From Octopus bimaculoides (lineage: Eukaryota), in the NCBI RefSeq assembly GCF_001194135.2, contig NC_068999.1, positions 12,739,938 to 12,790,032 of the forward strand: DNA of 50,095 nucleotides, given 5' to 3'. Below the pieces are notes generated by a model, which was given only the letters and a program-made list of their open reading frames with translations, did not search any database and had not been told where the DNA came from. The stretch's first letter is position 1; each line of letters starts with the position of its first letter. Shown here one piece after another: positions 40,391 through 50,095 of this stretch. A program made the translations under genes and the position numbers.

Positions 40391-41144
40391 TGCTATCTCT
40401 TATTCTCCCTCACTTTATAGTAAGTACGCACAAAGCAACGCACCGTTATTGCTGGATATTCCCATAGAGCTTATTATATCATATATTCATGAATACATAT
40501 TTTGGGATCAGTAATAGCAGGAGAAATTATAATAAACACATAACAAAATACAGAATGATGTGCTGTGTATTCAATGGTTAAAGAGTCATTATTAATGGGC
40601 ACAAACGACATTAGCAGCATTGATAGATTTTTTCGAGTGGCTTCAGAATTCTAATATGCAGATATCAGAGTAGGAGATTAATGTTTGCAGAATTTATAGA
40701 GATTCTCTATTGATTTTTGAGATATTCAATGCGAGATAATAACTTTAAGGTCTAGTTCAGTTTATGGAAATATCCTGAAATAGCTATTCGCTTAGGTCTC
40801 CCTATCTCTTTTCAGCAACTACTTTTAAAGTCGCAGACTTCTCATTCAGGAAGTTATCTCTAGTGTCTCTAAGGCTGCTTTCTCTCTGTCTCTCTCGATC
40901 CCGCGCTCTCTTTCTCTTTCTGACTATTAATATGTGCCTGCGTCTGTGTGTGATACTTCAAAGAGATCTCAAACATTGAAACAAGGTGTGAATCCTCTAT
41001 GTGAAATCTAAGGAAATATAGAATGAACTTCTCATGTAGATATGTATGTATACATAGGTGTTATGATATGATTGACACCTACCCGACACATTAAGTATGT
41101 AAGTTTACGCGTGTATCAGAATTTAGTGTATCAAATTATCGGTT

Positions 41145-41255
41145 TCATATTTCGGCCCAAAGCCAGGAGTTTTGGAGGAAGGTTAAGACGAAATGCCGTT
41201 AAGAATTCTGCATGACGTGGTAACGATTCTGCCAGCTCGCTGCCTTTGTATAAGA
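41145..41255 (-). mobile_element. SINE family A with internal deletion (head fused to tail)
   Basis: Reverse complement ggcagcgagctggcagaatcgtt...ggcatttcgtc joins directly to cctccaaaactcctggctttgggccgaaatatgaaacc. Confidence 0.7.
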
Positions 41256-41329
41256 AATTATTAATGCTTCACTGTCACAAGTGTCGAAAGCAATGTCCAA
41301 AGCAATTAAATAAACAGAGCGGGGAGAAT

Positions 41330-41530
41330 CGATAGCTTGCCGAGCAGGATAGGATGCTCAATGCATATCGTTCGTCTCTTTACGTTTCGAGTTCAAACGG
41401 AGCCAAGGTCTACTTTACTTTTCATCGTGTCCATAAGGATAAAACAATTACCTTTTGAGCACAGGGATTGTTGTAATCGACTTACTCTTTCCCGGAAATC
41501 CTGGTCTTGTATCGAAATTTGAAACCAGTA
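41330..41530 (+). mobile_element. SINE family A, diverged
   Basis: cgtctctttacgtttcgagttcaaa...gtaatcgacttac...tggtcttgtatcgaaatttgaaacc. Confidence 0.7.
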
Positions 41531-41629
41531 CTGTTGCATTATACAACAATATGTACTATTGTTTCACCCGAAATTCATCATATTCAAAATTTTGCTGAAA
41601 CATTTTTCCATACATATCTTTCCAATCTT

Positions 41630-42440
41630 TACAAGGGTAAATACTTCGACGTGACAGTATTCCAAATCGTACATGCACGTTGGTTGACATCTTGCAAGAA
41701 AACTGCGCCAATTCATCAGTTTAATCTGGGACGCTGGAGCTGTTCAACAACAGTTTAAATATGCATCTATAACAGATTTGTACTAAAGCACATGGAGGAA
41801 GAATGCCTGTGATAATCGCGGCGAAATACGTTTGTTGTGGTAATTGAAAAAACATTCTTGCGAGAGTAATTCTTACTGTATGAATATGCATGAAGTAGGA
41901 TACTAATGTGAATGACGCGCAGTTGACAGGCGTCTTGACCTCCAAGTTCAACCAAGAGCATATGGGCAATATAGTGACTGTAAGTGATTTTTGTTGACTT
42001 GATCCAGTTCTTGGATACAGAAAATCATGCGACATTGGGAGTATTTTTTCTTCCTCATGAAGTGATACTAGTAATATCTAAAGTGATATCTAAAGGTGAA
42101 CGTCGTTCAGAGACCTTTTCTCTTTCTACTGAAACTAAAGAGAGCTCTTTTGTAGCTCCGGTATAGTTTCACATATTTATTCGATGATTCTCCTGCTTGG
42201 CTTTAAAGATTAACATGAAGGAGTAAAACAAAAAAAACCCAAAAGTTTCTCTTACTAAACTTAGATAGTTAAAGATACAAACCGAAGAAAAATACTACGG
42301 AATACATCATGCGCGATTTCTGTTCACTAGTGATTGCGTTTTGATTTCCGATACATCTAAAGGTATTCTAGTCGACTGTTTTGCTGCTGTAATTCGGGTA
42401 TTTGGGCTGACAATCAGCATTAGGAAAACGTGTAGTATAC
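41630..42440 (+). mobile_element. Decayed RTE (BovB-like) LINE reverse transcriptase fragment
   Basis: Fragments LIWDAGAVQQQFKYASITDLY*..CDNRG, ..ILARVIL, FVDLIQFLDT (FVDLxKAFDT), SETFSLSTETKESSFVAP (S.PF..SNGVKQGCVLAP) and FGLTISIRKT occur in canonical RTE order. Confidence 0.8.
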
Positions 42441-43030
42441 CGTTTACGTAATCATAGTTTGATTTTTTTTTTTTTAAATATTAATTTTGTCGGCGATTCT
42501 TGATTCTTGTATGTTTGTGTATTACTTGAATGTGAACTGATCTTCATTATAATCCACGTTTTATGTGCATGCAAGGCGCGGACGACAACTAAAAATAAAT
42601 ATATTGAATTCGAAATAAACGAATCGTAGATAAAGAAAATGAGGTAACTTTTGACAAGTCAATTTCTGAGACATATCTGCACCACAATCGTTTGTACCGG
42701 TACTTGATGGGTCGAAAAAGTCGTAGTGAATTGTAGAGGGTCTTGAGAATTCTATCTTATTTCATCCTCACTAATCCAGAGGCACTCCTGGTAATTACCT
42801 CAGTAAGTATGGTCCGTGGTATAAGGTATATGGCAACAGGTAATTTACGAGTTAAACCGCAGTTTAATGTATGTATAGCCGATAAGAAAATGAAGGAAAA
42901 AAAGCAAAAAGAAGTGTGTGTGTGTGTGTATGTGTGTGTGTGTGTGCGTGTGTGTGTGTGTGTGTGTGGTGTTGAAAAGCCATTATTTAATTAATTAAAC
43001 AAGGTGTGGGTTCCAGTGAGTTTACAGTTG

Positions 43031-43480
43031 TTTCTGTGTACCATAGTTGAGGGAAATATGTATTTACATCGTTGCAAATGGTAGACGTCATCACGATGAA
43101 GAATGCAGAGTTAGACAAAGAGGACAATAGAGCGAATGATACAGGAAGAAATCGGAAAAGAAAATGTTCAATGATTCGAAAGTTGTAGTTGGGTTCAAAT
43201 TTCATTAAATGCATTGTGTTGGCATTGAAGAATAGAGGTTGGTTGAATCTGAAGTCTCGTAGTTAGTTAGTAGCATAATTCCACGTGTCTGCCTGTTCAG
43301 CTAGTTGACCGCCGGTGTAATGTGAGGGAGTTATCCCTAATTAGTGATATCCTAAGAGCTATGTGTCACTAACTTCGCTCTTTTCTCCTCTTTGTCTACC
43401 TCTGCCTTCTTCGTTATGATGATGTCTACCATTTGAAAAGAGGTAAATACATATTTACCTCAACTATGGTACACATAAAA
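43031..43480. repeat. ~450-bp element with ~110-bp imperfect inverted arms (MITE-like)
   Basis: 43031-43138 (tgtgtaccatagttgagggaaatatgtatttac...gtagacgtcatc...gacaaagagga) matches the reverse complement of ~43373-43480. Confidence 0.75.
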
Positions 43481-44022
43481 ACCTCTCGAATTTCGTTTTC
43501 TATACAGTATGTGCCATTCTTTGTTTACTCCTACGGTACAGTACGTATTTTCTTCTAACATATTTTAATTAATGCGTTATACAGTGTAATTTTGTACTCC
43601 ATTTTTATTTATTAGTATATTGCTTTTTAGGAGTGTGAATGCATATTTTACCACGCAAAAGATTAAAATCTAAACAATATGGATACCTTTCACCAGCAGA
43701 AACCCGCGAGATACTGAGGAGTTCGCGATAGTTTACTCAAGATGTACCCAATGCGCGATAGGTGAACCTCAATGCACTGAGTGTGCCATAGGTGAACTGC
43801 GGTATGAACCATTAAACACCCTACAAAACGTTTCTCCTTCCATTCATTGTACATTCTTTCTGCGTTGTTTACTTCCAAATATTTTCTGTCAAAGAGCGTA
43901 GACTCGAAAAGACATTTACATTCTTCCCGTGCTTTAAACTAATACACCTGCATTTTGTGGCTGCATCTGTCTTTGTCTTTTGCGTCCTGCAAATTTGAAA
44001 TATATATATATACACACTCACA

Positions 44023-44097
<75 letters not shown>

Positions 44098-45089
44098 ACA
44101 AAGAGACACACACAAACATACATATATTTGTGTGTGAATGTATATCCATGCTAGTTATTTCCTTTGAACTTTCACTTTCGTTTACATTTCTGGACGTCGA
44201 ACATATGAAACGTAAATATTTTCATTATAAAACATTCTGACATATGTTTGTATATATGTGTATGTTAGGTGTATTCATTATAATATTATGTAATAGGAAT
44301 GTGAATATCTATTCAGAAAATTCTGAGATACTTGTAACATTTTAGACGAACTCACTAAAATAGCTGTCTTTGCCAGCTGCTAGATGTAATTTGCTTATAG
44401 TCAGCAGAAAATTATTTGTGATATTGACTGGATATTTTCTTAGATCCAGGCTCGAGACAAATATAATTATTGCATTATACAACGTAACGTAGTCAAATAC
44501 CACAAGTAATAATACCTGAAGTAATCTTCGTAAAACAAAGCTCTGAATAACAAAATATTATTTCAGTGTATACTAACTTATCATAATATAGGTTGTAACT
44601 CTGGAAACATGTTTGCTATATAAACATTGGCAAACATATAACATGATATTCACAAACATAAATTACTCAGTTTCATTTTAAAAGGAACAAATATTCACAC
44701 ACACACACAAAAACACACAAACACACACACACACACACACATACACACACACACTATCCACAATCGAATGCATACACGTCAGCTGTCAAGCAACATACAA
44801 ATTTCGCTTTGCTGACAATGGCTGCCAATCATTTTTACACCTCGATGCAAGCTGGTCAGTTAGCTGTTGCAAATCACACATACCACGCTACACACAAAAA
44901 CCGGGTGGAAGAAATTATTTGAATATTTACTGAAGATAGATGACAGGAATGGTATATGCTTAAGATACGCTGCATAATAAACAGCTCAAATAAATATTTG
45001 TACAATCAAAATTATTAACATTTCAAAAACTAATTCAACATTTTATTAATCCCACTAAGTTTCGTTATCGACAGTGAAATGTCAAATAC

Positions 45090-45146
<57 letters not shown>

Positions 45147-45659
45147 NNNNNNNNNNNNNNNNNNNNNNNNNNNNNNNNNNNNNNNNNNNNNNNNNNNNNN
45201 NNNNNNNNNNNNNNNNNNNNNNNNNNNNNNNNNNNNNNNNNNNNNNNNNNNNNNNNNNNNNNNNNNNNNNNNNNNNNNNNNNNNNNNNNNNNNNNNNNNN
45301 NNNNNNNNNNNNNNNNNNNNNNNNNNNNNNNNNNNNNNNNNNNNNNNNNNNNNNNNNNNNNNNNNNNNNNNNNNNNNNNNNNNNNNNNNNNNNNNNNNNN
45401 NNNNNNNNNNNNNNNNNNNNNNNNNNNNNNNNNNNNNNNNNNNNNNNNNNNNNNNNNNNNNNNNNNNNNNNNNNNNNNNNNNNNNNNNNNNNNNNNNNNN
45501 NNNNNNNNNNNNNNNNNNNNNNNNNNNNNNNNNNNNNNNNNNNNNNNNNNNNNNNNNNNNNNNNNNNNNNNNNNNNNNNNNNNNNNNNNNNNNNNNNNNN
45601 NNNNNNNNNNNATATATATATATATATATACATATTACACAAAGAAATTCTAACTTTGT

Positions 45660-45945
45660 CTCATTTACATGTTCTATATCTGTGATAATAGTGGTGTGTT
45701 TTTTAATTACCATTATATCCAGGAATGGTAATTTGATACTGCTCCTCTCCTTCGTAAATTGGAGAGATGGGTGTAGTTTGTTCAGGAGAATATTGAACAT
45801 CTTCCAGAATGTTTAGAGATTCTGTCCTGATTATGAAACAATCGTCAAGGAATCTGTTGTATGCCTTTTCGATACAATTTCTAAATCCATTGTTATAGTC
45901 TTTCCCTACTTCTTGGTAGAGTTGTTTTTCTTAGGCTATAGGATA
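45660..45945 (-). mobile_element. Penelope-like element reverse transcriptase fragment
   Basis: EKQLYQEVGKDY...AYNRFLDDCFII.. / FNILLNKLHPSLQFTKERSSIKLPFLDIMV..TIITDI. The RYxDD, HPxIxFTxE and LPFLD motifs are characteristic of PLE RT. Confidence 0.85.
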
Positions 45946-47391
45946 TTATTCAGGCTCTAAAATATAATTCACCTGGTTATAAGAGAAACAGCAGTAAGCG
46001 TATGAATGTTCTTAACATGACCGAATTTTCGTTTGTCATTTCTTTTTCCTAATGTGTGTGTGTGTGTGTGTGTGCATGTGCTCGAGTGTGTTGGTGGGAG
46101 AGAAAAAAAAATACGGAATAGATAGAATGTAACATGGTTAAATGATGTACTGCATAGGAAGAAGGATGTCGGGAAAACTAATTGAATATGACGGCTATAG
46201 TATAGTGTCCTAAGTAACTTTTATTACATGTGCACAAGAAGGATTTTATTGTCCCTAATTATATCGTGATTTGATCTACAGCCAAAGAAGAGATGTGTCT
46301 GACAGAACTCTAAAATCAGTCAATATTTACCATACTTTTTACTTGAATCATGAATTTGGTGTATATTCATATTAGCAATATAACAGAAACCTGCATTTGG
46401 AGACCTAATCAAACACAAAAAATATTTTACTTATTTCCATAGTAATATGGATATTTTTATTTTATTTTTCATTTGTATATTTATTAAATCTTTCTTTATG
46501 AATTTCTATACCTAGAAAAGAAAAACAAATGTAAAGTACAAATAGAACAACGTGTTGGATGAAACAGTATATGTATGTAAACAACCATAATAACATAGTG
46601 TCGAAAGTACATTAGATCGTCAAATAGTGGTATAATCGCTTTAACCCGCGAAATCTAAATGCTCTGAAACAGTTTACTAACAATGCATGTACGAATATAT
46701 ACGTATGTATATACATGCGTATTCTCACAGAAACAAGCACATGTATGAATATGTATGCATATAAACAGGGACACACACATATGTGTGCCTCTATGTATAT
46801 GATTTTGCGTATAGCTGTGCGTTCTGAAGTATGCATGTATTTCTACTTCGGGAATTATGTTCGGCATAATTACTCTAAAGTGTTAGAATGTTTCAATACT
46901 TTTTTACACACGCTTTGGTTGAGAGAGATGTAAAATACAGATGGTGAACGCTGAGGACGAATGTTGTTAATTGTCTGTTTTAAATAATAAACCTCATCTC
47001 TTAAGTAATTATCTCATGCATTTTAAGAGTTTCTTCTAATTTGTATTATCACATTCCCCACATGTTTACTACTGACATTTCTTGGTTCTTTTCTCCTCAC
47101 CCATATTTGCTTAGAGAACGGTATTAATGGCTTCTGATCCCTCATCCTCCAGGAGGTTTCCGACTTTTGTATGCAATTTTGGGAGTGGTGGATATGAGAA
47201 GTTTAATGTTCGGAACTATAGCCGTTGATGGAGCTGTGTGGTGATAGTGAGAGAGATCGTAACTGCTTTTGCTGCAGCAACCTACTCTTCTTCCTGTATT
47301 TAATGTTCATTTGTGTAGACGGACCAACAGTGAACTTATATTTTCAGTCTTAATTTATGTATCCATTACATGTCATTACATGTCATCGTGA

Positions 47392-47710
47392 AGGTGCATG
47401 GCTGAATGATTAAAGCATCAGATTCGCAATCATGCGGTAGTTAGTTTGATTCCAGGACCGGGCTGTGTCTCGTGTTTTTCATCAAGACACTTAATTTCAC
47501 TTTACTCCAGTCCACTCAGCTGTAGAAATGTGTTTCGATGGCATTGGTGACAAGTAGTATCGGCGTTTGCCTTTCACTGGGATAAAATCAGTGGCATAGT
47601 GAGGGGACGCTGCTGGTTGCCATAAAAAAAATCCTAGCCCGGACTTGTGCGTCAGAGGGTAACCTTCTGGGTGTAATCCCATGGTTATTTATGACCGAAT
47701 AAGTTCTTTA
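47392..47710 (+). mobile_element. tRNA-derived SINE family C, near full length
   Basis: Head ggtgcatggctgaatgattaaagc...agtttgattcc, then caagacacttaatttcac, ctccagtccactcagctg, and tail tcccatggttatttatgaccg. Confidence 0.75.
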
Positions 47711-48600
47711 CATGTCATAGCTCTGGAGTTACTGTAACATATAGTAGATCCATTAAAACTGCTATGTTACTTTAGACGAATGTTATCGGCATTGCCTATT
47801 AATGGTAACTCTGCTTCGACTATTCAGTAATTCATCATACATTTCCTATTAACCTATACCTATCATCTTCCTCCAGAAACTTTTTGGTGTAATTACTACG
47901 TTTTTTCAGGATTCTATATACAGTTACAAGTTTCTGAATTGTCGTGTAACGTTGCAATTTCGCCTTCTGTCCATTCTATAAAATACTTGAATATTGAACA
48001 TTTCTTGCTATAGTCAAATTTTGGACCACAGTAGGGAAGTTTGGATATAGAGGAGTTACGAATTATGTCAGCAACATCTCCTTCGTTATGCGGATAAAAT
48101 CAATGGTACATTGAGATACAGAGAGACAAGTAACTTCTTTTCTTCTGCATTTTTTTTTTATTCTAGAACTAAGTAATTGATGACTTTCCGATACTAGAAT
48201 TCTATGGAGACAATTCATATTCATAGTCGAAGACAATCCATATTCATATCCGATGCATGTGAGAAAAATCAAGCGAAAATGAATGTTACAATTCCTTTCC
48301 TCATTATTTTCCCATCGTTTTTAGTAAACGTATTTCCACAGGCGTAAAGGAAGTCTGAGTTTTCCCTGAAAGGATAATTTTTTTCTGGTAAATCCTATCT
48401 ACTATCCCAAAAAATCAAAGTTTACGATATTTCTTCTGTTATATTATGTGCTTTCATAATGTATCAAGAGTTTTGGAAAATGATTTCTCATCGCATAGGT
48501 TACAAAACAATCAAGATCTGCCAGTTTCAATCTCTAAAATTCCCAATATAAATCCTTACATATGTCGAAGATTCAATATACGTACACATACACACACATA

Positions 48601-48632
<32 letters not shown>

Positions 48633-49479
48633 NNNNNNNNNNNNNNNNNNNNNNNNNNNNNNNNNNNNNNNNNNNNNNNNNNNNNNNNNNNNNNNNNNNN
48701 NNNNNNNNNNNNNNNNNNNNNNNNNNNNNNNNNNNNNNNNNNNNNNNNNNNNNNNNNNNNNNNNNNNNNNNNNNNNNNNNNNNNNNNNNNNNNNNNNNNN
48801 NNNNNNNNNNNNNNNNNNNNNNNNNNNNNNNNNNNNNNNNNNNNNNNNNNNNNNNNNNNNNNNNNNNNNNNNNNNNNNNNNNNNNNNNNNNNNNNNNNNN
48901 NNNNNNNNNNNNNNNNNNNNNNNNNNNNNNNNNNNNNNNNNNNNNNNNNNNNNNNNNNNNNNNNNNNNNNNNNNNNNNNNNNNNNNNNNNNNNNNNNNNN
49001 NNNNNNNNNNNNNNNNNNNNNNNNNNNNNNNNNNNNNNNNNNNNNNNNNNNNNNNNNNNNNNNNNNNNNNNNNNNNNNNNNNNNNNNNNNNNNNNNNNNN
49101 NNNNNNNNNNNNNNNNNNNNNNNNNNNNNNNNNNNNNNNNNNNNNNNNNNNNNNNNNNNNNNNNNNNNNNNNNNNNNNNNNNNNNNNNNNNNNNNNNNNN
49201 NNNNNNNNNNNNNNNNNNNNNNNNNNNNNNNNNNNNNNNNNNNNNNNNNNNNNNNNNNNNNNNNNNNNNNNNNNNNNNNNNNNNNNNNNNNNNNNNNNNN
49301 NNNNNNNNNNNNNNNNNNNNTTCAAAATATGCGGAAAAATACGGAGACTATGATTCTGAAAGAAAATTTCCAAAAAAATCTTTATAAATTTTTTAAAAGA
49401 TTTTTTGTTCTAAATATGCGGAAAAAACAGCCACCCATACATACACATACATACACACATCTATCTACATAATAGCCCA

Positions 49480-49735
49480 ATAACTATTCTACTCTATGAC
49501 ATACATAGGGGAGACATCTTGGAGCATTGCGGAACAACTAGATGAATATCTGAGACAATATGACGACAAAAATAGTCCGCCATACTCTACCAAAATGCCA
49601 AAGACCAGCGTAGAGGCAGCTTCGGGCAACTTGGCATCCGCATCTTATCCAAGCAGCCAAAAGACCCAACACTCAGATAAATACTGGCGTACGTCCTTAT
49701 AAATGAAATTTCCCCAAAACTAAATAGGAAATATA
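49480..49735 (+). mobile_element. Penelope-like GIY-YIG endonuclease fragment
   Basis: ORF 49496-49702 begins MTYIGETSWSIAEQLDEYLRQ, matching YIGETxRxLxxRxxEH. Confidence 0.65.
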
Positions 49736-50095
49736 CATAGTAGATATCATAACCCCATACCCACAGTTTACACAGGTAGTTACTGAACTGTTATGTAGAT
49801 AGATGTATGTATGCGTCTGTGGCGTTTATGTATATATGTGTATTTGTACATGTATGTAAGCATATGGATAGGAAAATAAACAGATCAATATACAGACGGA
49901 TAGGTACACACGTTATATGAACAGACAAGCACACATATGCAAATGGAGACTGAAACACAACTTCGGAGAAGGACACATATGGAGACAAGTGTCCACACGT
50001 ATGGAGATGAACTTCCATACACACAAACATGGTACATAGTTGAAAAACACAGACACTCAGAAAATGCACACACACACATACATATATACATATGC

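Noticed and set aside
43405-43450. Hammerhead-like TGATGA...GAAA in the inverted-repeat arm
   Set aside because: C3 is missing, there is no stem II pairing, and stem I is poor.
43690-43878. GC-rich ORF with short internal ataggtgaac repeat
   Set aside because: No recognisable motif (not a C2H2 finger); probably a TE remnant that I cannot assign.

Overview
Eukaryotic, AT-rich, microsatellite-dense genomic scaffold with about ten N-gaps, most flanked by simple repeats. The SINE families and repeat style point to a coleoid cephalopod, probably Octopus (inference, not verified by search). No intact, confidently nameable protein-coding gene, rRNA, true tRNA or CRISPR array is visible; most listed ORFs are microsatellite or N artefacts. 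The window mainly holds three tRNA-derived SINE families, decayed LINEs (RTE, L1/Tx1), Penelope-like element (PLE) fragments and mariner remnants. The best signal is a complete minimal type I hammerhead ribozyme on the minus strand (33048-33137), embedded in a ~265-bp element with ~57-bp inverted arms. Second is a minus-strand set of exon-like segments at 22.5-24.5 kb with phase-compatible GT-AG junctions but disabling stops and frameshifts; one segment has a diverged paralog at 13.6-13.9 kb. I could not identify the encoded protein.
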